Below are positions 1 through 9,345 of a DNA stretch of 64,000 nt, piece by piece. The number at the start of each line of letters is the position of its first letter. The first letter of the stretch is position 1. Origin of the DNA: a virus (taxonomy: Duplodnaviria > Heunggongvirae > Uroviricota > Caudoviricetes); the IMG/VR virus record IMGVR_UViG_2700989044_000001, positions 75,683-139,682 of that record. One strand, written 5' to 3'. Both the position numbers and the translations under genes were made by a program. The notes below the pieces were generated by a model. The model was not told the origin of the DNA, did not search any database, and saw only the letters and a program-made list of their open reading frames with translations.

Positions 1-228
1 ATGATTTCAAAAACAAAATACTCTGGACTAACAACTCCAAAACTAGTATCTTCAATGAATTTTTTAAAAGAGAAAAACGACGAATGGTTTGTTGAGCTAT
101 TAGATGATGGATTAGTTGAAAAGATTTCTTATCAAGCCCCTACAAGTAAAGTCAGACAAACATTTGAAGGTTGGTTTATCACTACTGCAGGAAGAAAAGT
201 CTTAAAAGATGTCTTAAAGAAAATGTAA
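1..228 (+). CDS. 5'-truncated hypothetical protein, possible winged-helix C-terminus
   Basis: ORF runs off the left edge; ends in a wing-like WFITTAGRKVL motif. Confidence 0.45.
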   Translation: MISKTKYSGLTTPKLVSSMNFLKEKNDEWFVELLDDGLVEKISYQAPTSKVRQTFEGWFITTAGRKVLKDVLKKM

Positions 229-255
229 GAGACAGTTAAACTCTGTCTCTTTTTT
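227..255 (+). terminator. Rho-independent terminator
   Basis: aagagacag-ttaaact-ctgtctctt followed by T run. Confidence 0.75.
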
Positions 256-307
256 GATTAATATATAGGTATATTTAAATTTTCCAAATAAGAGAGGAAG
301 TATACCT

Positions 308-784
308 ATGAAACAATTTATCGAAGAAAAAGACATTTATATCGAAATGATGCAGCAATTAAAGGACAAATTCCATGACACGCTAGGTCACATTTTTGTT
401 GATGAAATTTTAGTTATGACAGATACTGAGTTTGAAATTAAGCCACCACGTGGAAAAGGTGGAGAAGATCCAAGTGAAGAAGCGATTGCGAAATGGGAAG
501 ATAAAAAACGTAAAGCTTGGAAATTTGAAATGAAGAAAATTCCAAAGTTATATCGAGATGCGCTTGATAAAAATAAAGAATTTGTTCTTATTGTTCGACA
601 AAGCCTAGTTAAAGAATTAACAGATGCACAGGTTATTGCTCATGTTTATTCTGAAATGCGTAAAATCAATCATGAATATAAATTACAAAAACCAGATGTT
701 CATACATTCTCTGATTTAGCGGAAAAATTAGGTCGTTCGGATTGGGACTCTGCTTATGATCTTCCTAATATTTTAGAAAATTAA
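308..784 (+). CDS. Phage putative-metallopeptidase-like protein with degenerate zinc motif
   Basis: AHVYSEMRKI...KPDVHTFSDL...DW pattern; similar to ORF 10811-11269. Confidence 0.45.
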   Translation: MKQFIEEKDIYIEMMQQLKDKFHDTLGHIFVDEILVMTDTEFEIKPPRGKGGEDPSEEAIAKWEDKKRKAWKFEMKKIPKLYRDALDKNKEFVLIVRQSLVKELTDAQVIAHVYSEMRKINHEYKLQKPDVHTFSDLAEKLGRSDWDSAYDLPNILEN

Positions 785-788
785 GTGG

Positions 789-1151
789 GTGTTTAATTTG
801 GATCAAGAGTTAATAGATATTCGACAAGATTTATTAAATATGCAACACCAAATAGCAAATTTAAGTATTTCAATTGAGAATTTAAGTAATCAAAATTTTA
901 CTCAACAAAACAATATTAACATGATGGCTCAATCTATAAATATGCAAATTCAACTTTTAAATCAGATGAATCAAGTAATTAGCAATCTTACAAATAAGTT
1001 ATCAGATATGGAGATTAATTTTGATAATTCCGATAACTTCACTAAAGATATAATTGATGGCCAAAACGTTATTTTAGCTGAAATTAATGAGTTAAAGAAT
1101 TCCATAGAAGGAATTCGATTCTATATGTTAAATAGCAACTCAAATTTCTAA
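789..1151 (+). CDS. Coiled-coil hypothetical protein
   Basis: Heptad-like Q/N/L/I-rich sequence, GTG start directly after upstream stop. Confidence 0.6.
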   Translation: MFNLDQELIDIRQDLLNMQHQIANLSISIENLSNQNFTQQNNINMMAQSINMQIQLLNQMNQVISNLTNKLSDMEINFDNSDNFTKDIIDGQNVILAEINELKNSIEGIRFYMLNSNSNF

Positions 1152-1256
1152 TGTTATATTTTTCAACAGATGCCTATATTTTAAATATTGAATAGTTTCA
1201 AACAAAAGGCATGTGTTAGTTCAAAATAATCTTAGAAATTGGTGGTGAATTGGTAA

Positions 1257-1502
1257 ATGAAGTCTTCAAAGAGAGTTGATGAAAGAATCGTTAAAGATTA
1301 TCGAATAATTGATTCTGCTTGGGATGAATTCTCTGATTACGTTGGTGAACATAATATAGGAACACCTTTGACTGTTAAACAATTTGAAGAAATATTTAGT
1401 AAACTAAATAGAAACAATAAGTTTTCGCCAATGAAGGATTATATTTTGGAATCTTTCAGGAATGATTGTTATGCATGGCCATTTGTAGAAAAGAACCAAT
1501 GA
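1257..1502 (+). CDS. Hypothetical protein
   Basis: ATG with upstream GGTG, 81 aa. Confidence 0.6.
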   Translation: MKSSKRVDERIVKDYRIIDSAWDEFSDYVGEHNIGTPLTVKQFEEIFSKLNRNNKFSPMKDYILESFRNDCYAWPFVEKNQ

Positions 1503-1583
1503 TTTATTGGTTCTTTTTTTTTAAAAAAAGCGGAAAAATACATATAATTCTTTTAATTAAAAAGAGAAAGGTTTGTTGTATCT

Positions 1584-2138
1584 TTGAAAAAACGAGGTTA
1601 TTTAGAAATTATTTCAGGCGGAATGTACTCCGGCAAAAGCGAAGAATTAATAAGACGATTAAAAAGATGTAGTTTTGCAAATATTAAATTTCAATTATTT
1701 AAACCAGAAATTGACAATAGGTATAGCGAGAACAAAGTAGTAACGCATGATAAAGATTCACAACTAAGCGCTCTATCAGTTAGTACTCCAAAAGAATTGA
1801 TATCACTAGTTGAATCAGATACTACGGTTGTTGGTATTGATGAAGTTCAATTCTTTGATGAAACAATTGTTGAAGTAATAGAGCAATTAAATGAAAAAGG
1901 TATAAGAGTCGTAGCTGCTGGATTAGATATGTATAGTACTGGGGAACCATTTGGTTCAACTGGAATTTTGATGGCAAAAGCTAAGTACGTAAGTAAACTA
2001 CACGCAGTATGTGTAGTATGTGGGAATAACGCTTATATTTCTAAGGCTATTAGTGAGAATGATAGTGCTAATAATGAAAGTACAGTTAAAGTTGGAAGCG
2101 TCGGGGATTATGTTGCAGTATGTGAAAATTGTAAATAA
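1584..2138 (+). CDS. tdk: Thymidine kinase (type II, TK1-like)
   Basis: P-loop GGMYSGKSEELIRR, FKPEIDNRY, GIDEVQF, AGLD, zinc site CVVC...CENC. Confidence 0.95.
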   Translation: MKKRGYLEIISGGMYSGKSEELIRRLKRCSFANIKFQLFKPEIDNRYSENKVVTHDKDSQLSALSVSTPKELISLVESDTTVVGIDEVQFFDETIVEVIEQLNEKGIRVVAAGLDMYSTGEPFGSTGILMAKAKYVSKLHAVCVVCGNNAYISKAISENDSANNESTVKVGSVGDYVAVCENCK

Positions 2139-2162
2139 AACAAATACAAAGGGGAGACACTT

Positions 2163-2510
2163 ATGTCAAAAGAAATAGGGAAGCAGGCGATAGTAACTGA
2201 TCATGGCAGTCGAAGAATAAAAGATAGACTAGGATTAAGCAAAAAAATAGCAGATAAGGTATCTCAAAAAGCGTTAGAGAACGGTGTTAGTCATAGTGAA
2301 ACAAAGGGTAGCTTTAAAAAATATATAGATGCTTTATATTTAAAACATAAAAAAGCTAATAATATTAAGATTTATCACAGAAAGATTTATTTGTTTAGAA
2401 ATGAAGTATTAATCACAGTATTAAATTTACCTAATAAATATTCTGTGGTTGCAGATAAATTACAAAGAATTAAAAACCAAGAGAAAGAAAAAACAAAAGA
2501 GTCTCAATGA
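2163..2510 (+). CDS. Basic hypothetical protein, weak resemblance to RelE/DUF4258-like small RNases
   Basis: TDHGSRRIKDRLG N-terminus and YLFRNEVLITV C-terminal strands; RBS ggggag. Confidence 0.4.
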   Translation: MSKEIGKQAIVTDHGSRRIKDRLGLSKKIADKVSQKALENGVSHSETKGSFKKYIDALYLKHKKANNIKIYHRKIYLFRNEVLITVLNLPNKYSVVADKLQRIKNQEKEKTKESQ

Positions 2511-2697
2511 CTCTTTTTTATTTTGAAAAATTTTCTAAAATATTTTGGTATTTTTTCATGAAATCCATCATACATTGTATTATAAAGAATTATTATTTAG
2601 TGTTATATTTTCAATAGTTTTTAATAATATTAGTAATTATAATAATTTGTCTTCTTTTAAGAAAAAGTGATATTTTAATAAATTTAAAGTAGAGGGA

Positions 2698-3003
2698 GTG
2701 GTGAGATTGTTATGTATAAATTGTTTGCAAAATGCTACAAATAAACTTATAGCAGATGACATTATCATCCTTGAATATTTGAATAATCAGGGGGCAACAA
2801 TTCCACAATGTACTATGTCAAGAGAAACTATAAAAGAAGAATTGAAGATGACAAATCATAAGTGTTATTCGTCAATTAGTCGTTTAGAATGTTTAGATAT
2901 GATTGAACGTAAAGTTGGTACAAAATCAAGTAGATATTTTATTACAAAGAATGGTCAACATGTTTTGTATTTGGTGAATGATAAATTACAGGAGGTTGAA
3001 TAA
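2698..3003 (+). CDS. Winged-helix DNA-binding protein, TubR-like partition adaptor
   Basis: ILEYL...SRETIKEEL...SISRLECLDMIERK...YFITKNG wHTH pattern; stop abuts tubZ start. Confidence 0.65.
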   Translation: MVRLLCINCLQNATNKLIADDIIILEYLNNQGATIPQCTMSRETIKEELKMTNHKCYSSISRLECLDMIERKVGTKSSRYFITKNGQHVLYLVNDKLQEVE

Positions 3004-4134
3004 ATGGCTGGTACTAAAATTGGTTTTCTTTGTTTTGGTGAAGGCGGTTCAAATGTTGGAGAGTATGCTGCTCAAAAAGGTTTTCCAGTAGTTGCAGTCA
3101 ATAGCGCTAAAATAGATTTAGAAAAAATAAAAATAATTCCAAAAGATTGTAGGATTCACTTGGATGGCTGGGAAGGTGCTGGCAGAAATAGAGATGTAGG
3201 TAGGGAAGCAGTTCTATCTCACGCAGAAACAATCTTTGAAAAGATAAAAGATAAATTTAAAGATTGTGACATGGTGTTTTCAGTAGCTTCAACAGCTGGC
3301 GGTACAGGTTCAGGATCTTTAGCGGTTGGTATCGAACTTCTTTCAGAAATAAATAGTAAAGTTGGAGCGATAACTATTTTGCCAGACAAAAATGAAAGCC
3401 CAAAAGCTCATATGAATTCTTTAGAATGTTTCTCTGAGTTAAGCCAATACGAACAATTGAATAGTACGTTTATCATTGATAATGAAAAAGCAAATCAAGT
3501 ATTTAAAGGCAAAGACAAAATTCAAATTTATCAATTATCTAATAATCAATTGATTGACAATTTAGCGGAAATATGCTCACTAACCGATCAACACGCTTTA
3601 GTTTCAAATTTTGATAAAAATGATCTACTTGAAATACTAAGTGAACGAGGAACCACTATAATTAGCAAGATAACAATACCAACAGAAGAATTGAAAGATG
3701 AAGTAGAAATTGTTAATGCAATTAGAAAATCTTGGGAAACTGTTTGTTCTTCTGACATTGGTGATGGGCAAATAGTAAAAGCTGGTGTATTTGGTAAAAT
3801 ACCAAAAGAATTAACTTCAATGATAGATTCAAGAAAAGTTTTTGAAGAAATTGGAATGCCATATGATATAATTGAATCTTACTATTTGAATACTGAACAC
3901 TCTAATCATTGTATTTTCTATACTATTCTTTCTGGATTATCCTACCCAATTGAAAGATTGAAACAAATAGAAAGTGAAGTACAGATGATTGAACAAGAAT
4001 TGATTAATAGAGTAGAAGTTTCTAGGACCCAAGTTTTTTCAACTAATAATTGGAACTCTAAGTTTAAACGACCTGAACAAAAACAAAATGTTAAAACATC
4101 GTTAAGTGATAGATTAACAAGATTTACTAAGTAA
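3004..4134 (+). CDS. tubZ: Tubulin/FtsZ-family GTPase, TubZ/RepX-like
   Basis: GFLCFGEGGSNV, GAGRNRDVG, tubulin signature AGGTGSG, IIDNEK, NFDKND T7-like loop. Confidence 0.9.
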   Translation: MAGTKIGFLCFGEGGSNVGEYAAQKGFPVVAVNSAKIDLEKIKIIPKDCRIHLDGWEGAGRNRDVGREAVLSHAETIFEKIKDKFKDCDMVFSVASTAGGTGSGSLAVGIELLSEINSKVGAITILPDKNESPKAHMNSLECFSELSQYEQLNSTFIIDNEKANQVFKGKDKIQIYQLSNNQLIDNLAEICSLTDQHALVSNFDKNDLLEILSERGTTIISKITIPTEELKDEVEIVNAIRKSWETVCSSDIGDGQIVKAGVFGKIPKELTSMIDSRKVFEEIGMPYDIIESYYLNTEHSNHCIFYTILSGLSYPIERLKQIESEVQMIEQELINRVEVSRTQVFSTNNWNSKFKRPEQKQNVKTSLSDRLTRFTK

Positions 4135-4140
4135 TATTTA

Positions 4141-4170
4141 ACAAGAGAGAATATTCTCTCTTGTTTTTTT
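4141..4170 (+). terminator. Terminator after tubZ
   Basis: Perfect 24-bp palindrome acaagagagaat/attctctcttgt plus T run. Confidence 0.75.
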
Positions 4171-4197
4171 TATTGTTAGAATAAGGTTGGTGATACT

Positions 4198-5295
4198 TTG
4201 AAAAAAATCTACTTTTTTAAAGATGGGCATAAAGATATGCATAATTACTTGGGTAAAAAAGGCGCAAACCTATGCGAAATGTATAATATGGATTTGCCAG
4301 TACCAAATGGATTTATTATACCCACATACTTAAATAGAGAAACAAAAGAATTAAGAAGAGAAATAGAAAATGCAATTGAAAAACTTGGAGGTAGGTTAGG
4401 AGAAGATTTATTTGTTTCAGTACGTTCAAGTGCTCCCACCTCAATGCCAGGAATGATGGATAGTTTTTTGAATATAAGTAATTATGATGACTTATTTAAT
4501 TCTATAGAGCTAGTGGTTAATTCATGGAACAATAAAAGAGCTGTTACTTATAGGGAAAATAATGGTATCTCTGAAGGAGTGGGTACAGCTATAGTAATAC
4601 AAAAAATGATCTTTGGAAATAAAGACGAGAATTCTGGTTCTGGAGTTGTTTTTAGCAGAAATCCTAATAATGGAGAAGAAGGACTAGTCGGGGAGATATT
4701 GTTTAATTCTTTTGGTGAGGAATTAGTGCTTGGTAAAAAGACACCACTTTCAATTACTATATTAAAAGAAAAAATGCCCAACGTTTATACATTATTGGAA
4801 AATATATCAAAAAAGCTTGAAACTCATTTTTCATCTATGCAAGAAATAGAATTCACTATTGAAGAAAAAGAGTTATATGTATTGCAGACAAGAGAAGTAA
4901 AAAAGAAAAACAAAATAGTTAAGTTTAAAATAAAAGAAAAACAAAAAAATCCAATAACAATAGGTATAGCATCTTCTTATGGAGCGGCTACAGGGTTAGT
5001 TGTTTTTGATTCAAAGAAAGCAGTAGAATTAAAATCAAAAGGTAAAAACGTTATTTTAGTAAGACTTGAGACTAGTCCCGATGACATTGAGGGAATAATC
5101 GCTTGCGATGGCATTGTAACTTTACAGGGTGGAGCAACTTCTCATGCAGCTGTTGTTGCTAGAAGTATGAATAAGCCATGTATTTGTGGCTGTCAATACT
5201 TAGATGTAAATGAATTAGAATGGATAACAATTGAAGGTCAAACTGGTAAAGTTTTTCTCGGTGAGTACGATTTAGAAATAGATGATAGTCTATAA
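4198..5295 (+). CDS. PPDK-like protein: ATP-grasp plus phospho-His swivel domain, no C-terminal PEP/pyruvate barrel
   Basis: LGKKGANL, VSVRSSAPTSMPGMMD, QKMIFGN, EIEFTIE..LYVLQTR, ETSPDD, GGATSHAAVVAR; only 365 aa. Confidence 0.85.
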   Translation: MKKIYFFKDGHKDMHNYLGKKGANLCEMYNMDLPVPNGFIIPTYLNRETKELRREIENAIEKLGGRLGEDLFVSVRSSAPTSMPGMMDSFLNISNYDDLFNSIELVVNSWNNKRAVTYRENNGISEGVGTAIVIQKMIFGNKDENSGSGVVFSRNPNNGEEGLVGEILFNSFGEELVLGKKTPLSITILKEKMPNVYTLLENISKKLETHFSSMQEIEFTIEEKELYVLQTREVKKKNKIVKFKIKEKQKNPITIGIASSYGAATGLVVFDSKKAVELKSKGKNVILVRLETSPDDIEGIIACDGIVTLQGGATSHAAVVARSMNKPCICGCQYLDVNELEWITIEGQTGKVFLGEYDLEIDDSL

Positions 5296-5411
5296 TATAT
5301 CATTCTTATATTATTTTTTACTGATAATTTAATTTAAAATATATTTCTATTTTAATTAATATAAATATATAGTAAATATATTAAGAATAAGAGAAAGAGA
5401 GGTGTTTTAAA

Positions 5412-5495
5412 ATGGGTTGCAAATGTAATGATTGTTGTTGTGGGTGCGAATGCAAAGATTGTGAAAATGGATGTTGTGATAAAAGTGAAGAATAA
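5412..5495 (+). CDS. 27-aa Cys-rich metallothionein-like peptide (not in ORF track)
   Basis: MGCKCNDCCCGCECKDCENGCCDKSEE, 10 Cys; RBS gagaggtg; hairpin terminator at about 5506-5535. Confidence 0.75.
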   Translation: MGCKCNDCCCGCECKDCENGCCDKSEE

Positions 5496-5563
5496 ATAAT
5501 AAATGAGTCGATTAGTTAAAATCTAATCGACTTTTATTTATTATTTAAACATGAGGTGGTAAC

Positions 5564-5980
5564 TTGACTAGAAATATGATAGTAGAAATAGAAGAGTTTA
5601 TAGATTCGTTAATAATAATGCACAATATTATTAATGAAAACAACATAAGTTTTGAGTTAAAAAAATCAGATAATGGTGTATTAACTTTATTTTCTATTAG
5701 TGGAAATTTAATTATAAATTCAATTAATGTAATAAAATTAGTTACAGTAACCGCAGAAGAAGATTTTTCTTGCACAGCGATGTGTGAAGTAAGTAGATTC
5801 AGTCCATTTTATAGAAAGTTACTAGACTATAAGAGCTCTCACGCTGGTTATATGAATTTAGATTTGGATAATTATCATAAAAAGTTTGAGTATAACTTTA
5901 GAGATTTAAAAAATTTTAATGATTTCTTTATGAAAATGATATGGGACGTTTTTATCTCTAACTTTATTTCTTCAAAATAA
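5564..5980 (+). CDS. Hypothetical protein
   Basis: RBS gaggtgg before TTG; 138 aa. Confidence 0.6.
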   Translation: MTRNMIVEIEEFIDSLIIMHNIINENNISFELKKSDNGVLTLFSISGNLIINSINVIKLVTVTAEEDFSCTAMCEVSRFSPFYRKLLDYKSSHAGYMNLDLDNYHKKFEYNFRDLKNFNDFFMKMIWDVFISNFISSK

Positions 5981-6056
5981 ACTTTTTAAAAACCATATAA
6001 TTGATATATAATATATTGCAACTCTTATTTTAGATTTGAATTTTAAATAATAGGAG

Positions 6057-6905
6057 TTGTTTTTTTTGAAGAGATTAAAGAAAAAAGCTTGGGAAACCAT
6101 TGAATTATATCATCACACTAGTTCGCAGTTTTTTATGCAAGTGATGGAAGAAGGGCAACTTACTTCTGGTGGATACAATGGCAACATATCTGGAGGAGGT
6201 CACACTAGTATTTTCGATGTATTTAGCGATGAAGACCCTTCATCTAATATATATTACCCTTTAATAATTTTAGATGAAATGATAAAAGTACCTAGTGATG
6301 ATAAAAAAGTTACTAAAACATTAACTGATTTAGTTAATAAAATGAAAGAAGAAAACCCTGATTGGCAATCTGAAGAAATAGAAGTAAGTGAGACTAAGCC
6401 TAGTGGAAACGAAATAGGCGTTTACTTAAGTAGTGATAAATACAATTCTGTTGGTTATGCTGAAGATGCAGTTTCTAAAGGCGATACAAGTAAATTAAAC
6501 TTTGAAGTTACATTAGCTATTAAGGTTCAAACTGATGCTTTAAGTCCGGATTACGATGATCTAGTTAGCCTTGAGTTAGATATTGATGATAGAAGTTCTG
6601 TTCCACTATGGAAACAATCACTTAATCAAGTTGAACAGTGTGTTCATAATGGACCTATTGATTCTGAAAGCATAGTTAGTGTTACTTTTCATAGTTTAGA
6701 AAATGCTTATAATGATTCTGATGGGAAGTTTAATGATGAAGATGAATTTACTGAATTTGTAAGTCAATATATTAAAGAAGATGAGCCTATGTCTACAATG
6801 GAAGCGTTAAGTCAATTAGCTTTGATGGATTCAGAATATGCAAATACAGAAAGTTTAGTGATGTCTTCAAAGAAAATAAAGAGATTAAAAAAGTTTAATA
6901 AATAA
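6057..6905 (+). CDS. Acidic protein with ADP-ribosyltransferase-fold-like motifs
   Basis: LYHHTS, GVYLSSD...GYA, VHNGPI..ESI pattern. Confidence 0.45.
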   Translation: MFFLKRLKKKAWETIELYHHTSSQFFMQVMEEGQLTSGGYNGNISGGGHTSIFDVFSDEDPSSNIYYPLIILDEMIKVPSDDKKVTKTLTDLVNKMKEENPDWQSEEIEVSETKPSGNEIGVYLSSDKYNSVGYAEDAVSKGDTSKLNFEVTLAIKVQTDALSPDYDDLVSLELDIDDRSSVPLWKQSLNQVEQCVHNGPIDSESIVSVTFHSLENAYNDSDGKFNDEDEFTEFVSQYIKEDEPMSTMEALSQLALMDSEYANTESLVMSSKKIKRLKKFNK

Positions 6906-6984
6906 TAATTATTTAGTGATTTTGTTAACTATTTATCGCTATTTTTATATAAATATATATCATATAAAAAAGGAGAGAATAGAT

Positions 6985-7554
6985 ATGAAACAACTATCAC
7001 TAGGAAAGAAAATAGCAGTTGGTGTAGGTGCTATATTAGTATTTTTCATAATCGTTGCAGCAATTGGTTCTACTACTTTATGGAGTCAGCGTGGAAAGGT
7101 AGTAAAATTAGAAAACAAGATTGAAGCACGATATAACTTCAATAAATCAGATTACGATAAAATGTGGAAGACGTTTGTTGAAACTGCTAAAGTTACAGAA
7201 TTACAAGCTGAGCAATTTAAAGATGTTTATACTGAATTAATTTCTGGACGATATGAAGACACAGATCTATTGTTTAAAATGGTTCAAGAATCAAACCCAC
7301 AATTGGGAACTGAAGTATATACTAATTTGCAAAGACAAATCGCTGCAGATAGATCAACTTTTAACAATAACCAAAAAGCAATTCTCGACATTATTAATCA
7401 ATACAATAATTACATTGAACACGATGCAATTATTATAGCATTTATTACAAACCGCAAACCTATCGATAGTAGCAAGTATATTATCACTTCAGAAAGAACA
7501 GAAAAAGCATTTGAATCAGGCAAAGATGAAGTTATTGATTTGCAAAGCAAGTAA
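6985..7554 (+). CDS. LemA-like single-TM helical membrane protein
   Basis: N-terminal TM then KLENKIEARY...VQESNPQL...YTNLQRQIAADRSTF; ATG 6985 has RBS aggag (track start 6916 is probably too long). Confidence 0.6.
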   Translation: MKQLSLGKKIAVGVGAILVFFIIVAAIGSTTLWSQRGKVVKLENKIEARYNFNKSDYDKMWKTFVETAKVTELQAEQFKDVYTELISGRYEDTDLLFKMVQESNPQLGTEVYTNLQRQIAADRSTFNNNQKAILDIINQYNNYIEHDAIIIAFITNRKPIDSSKYIITSERTEKAFESGKDEVIDLQSK

Positions 7555-7604
7555 CAAATAGTATTAACTCTGTAAAATGTATAGTTATTTTGGGAGGTAT
7601 ACAA

Positions 7605-7751
7605 ATGGACAATGAAATGTTCAAATTATTTGTTGAGAAGGTTGTTAACAATGAGTATTTGACAGATACAGAAAAGCTCAATGCCATTAAAGGATATTTA
7701 AATGATCCAGAAAATCTTATCTATAATATGGTTCTAGATAAGAAAGAGTAA
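7605..7751 (+). CDS. 48-aa hypothetical protein (not in ORF track)
   Basis: RBS gggagg; MDNEMFKLFVEKVVNNEYLTDTEKLNAIKGYLNDPENLIYNMVLDKKE. Confidence 0.6.
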   Translation: MDNEMFKLFVEKVVNNEYLTDTEKLNAIKGYLNDPENLIYNMVLDKKE

Positions 7752-7786
7752 TTATATAAACTCCTAAAAATGAGAGAGGTAATAGT

Positions 7787-8944
7787 ATGTTTTGGATTCC
7801 ATTACTTATTCTAGGGATATTCATTATAGCTCTAGAAATTATCTTTACGCATAATTGGTTAAGGGCAATATTGATAATTGTAATAACAGCTTTTTTATCT
7901 GCTGCTACAATTGGGATTGATTATACTATTCAAACTACAGATACAGAAGTTTGGTCTGGGAGCGTTATAGAGTGGAGTCACGATGAAGAGTGGGATGAAT
8001 GGCATCCACCAGTTACAACGTGTACAACTGATTCAAATGGAAAACAAAATTGTACAACAACTCCAGGATATTGGGAACACCACTATGCTGAAAATCACAT
8101 AAAAACTTCTGATAAAGGATGGATTTATGTTGATAAGTCTCCAGATGGAAAACGATTTGATGACAATTGGCCAAATGATAGTTCAGTGCTAAAGAAATAT
8201 TGGCCAGAAGGTACGCCTACTGCATCTAGACATACTTACACGAATAAAGTAAATGCATCTTACAGTATCTACAAACATAAAGATGTTGATTTAGAAAAGT
8301 TTCCTGACTTACCTAACTATCCAGACAAAGTAAGAGATAAAATGTTTATTGATAGAATAATCGGTAGTGTTCCAAATAAGGAGAAAGCAAGTGTATTGTT
8401 ATCTCACCACAATACAAGATTAAATAAACAAGTACCAGATCCAGAAAGAGAAAACAAAACTCGTTCTTGGAAACAAGTAAATATGATTTTTGTTAATGTT
8501 GGTGAAAATAAGTCTGAAGATTATGGTTTCGCTTTACAAGACAGTTGGGAAGGCGGAAATAAGAACGATTTCGTTGTATCTTTCAGTATGAACTCTGATG
8601 GAACTCTAAATTGGGTTTATCCTTTTAGTTGGTCTGAAGTGGAAATACTAAAGTTAGAAGTAAGAGATTACATGATGGATCTTAAGAAAATTAATGACTT
8701 TGTTCCTGTAGTTGAAAAGGTTTCAACAATGGTTGAAGAAAAGTTTGAAAGAAAAGAGTTTGCTGATTTTGATTACTTACAAATTGATCCAAGCAATGGT
8801 GTTATTGTTCTAATTTGGGTATTTAGTATTTTAGCTATTATTGTAAATGCTTTTCTAATCTTTAAAGAAAAGCAAGATCAAAGCAATAGACGTAATACTG
8901 ACAGACTTTATAATCCGCATAGGTACTATAATCCAAGAAAATAG
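7787..8944 (+). CDS. Membrane protein with large extracytoplasmic domain
   Basis: Two N-terminal TMs, one C-terminal TM, WEGGNKND motif, CTTDSNGKQNC loop. Confidence 0.7.
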   Translation: MFWIPLLILGIFIIALEIIFTHNWLRAILIIVITAFLSAATIGIDYTIQTTDTEVWSGSVIEWSHDEEWDEWHPPVTTCTTDSNGKQNCTTTPGYWEHHYAENHIKTSDKGWIYVDKSPDGKRFDDNWPNDSSVLKKYWPEGTPTASRHTYTNKVNASYSIYKHKDVDLEKFPDLPNYPDKVRDKMFIDRIIGSVPNKEKASVLLSHHNTRLNKQVPDPERENKTRSWKQVNMIFVNVGENKSEDYGFALQDSWEGGNKNDFVVSFSMNSDGTLNWVYPFSWSEVEILKLEVRDYMMDLKKINDFVPVVEKVSTMVEEKFERKEFADFDYLQIDPSNGVIVLIWVFSILAIIVNAFLIFKEKQDQSNRRNTDRLYNPHRYYNPRK

Positions 8945-8958
8945 GAAGGGTGTTATAA

Positions 8959-9282
8959 ATGATTTGTGATACTAGAGACTTAAGAACTTCGTTAAAGCTA
9001 AATCAGGTTGCTGTTTGTATCGATGAGCCAACACAAAAAGTCTATTGTTCGGAACAAGGTTTATTTCAAATTACGAATACGGGAACATCATTAGAATTCA
9101 GACCATCTTTATTTGAAGATAAAAAGTGGTATATCGATGAAAAAGATGTAAATGTTATGTCTGATAATGAAATGAAAGTAAAACTGGAAGAATTAAACAC
9201 TAAGCAAATAAAAATAATTTCAATTGCGGTTTGCGTATTATGGTTTGTTTTTGTTGGTGGATGTACAATAGTAAATGCATAA
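8959..9282 (+). CDS. Hypothetical protein with C-terminal TM
   Basis: RBS ggaaggg; hydrophobic C-terminus. Confidence 0.6.
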   Translation: MICDTRDLRTSLKLNQVAVCIDEPTQKVYCSEQGLFQITNTGTSLEFRPSLFEDKKWYIDEKDVNVMSDNEMKVKLEELNTKQIKIISIAVCVLWFVFVGGCTIVNA

Positions 9283-9345
9283 ATATTTAAATAAATTAGA
9301 ATATTTACTAATATTTACAAATATCTTTTAAAATTTAAGAATATA

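Noticed and set aside
1466-1672. 68-aa ORF overlapping tdk
   Set aside because: Overlaps two better genes in another frame, with no RBS
2511-2697. Defined tubC iteron array
   Set aside because: The region is very AT-rich and no convincing regular repeats could be read by eye
3004-4134. Cell-division ftsZ
   Set aside because: Divergent sequence, no dcw/ftsA context, paired with a wHTH gene as in TubR-TubZ
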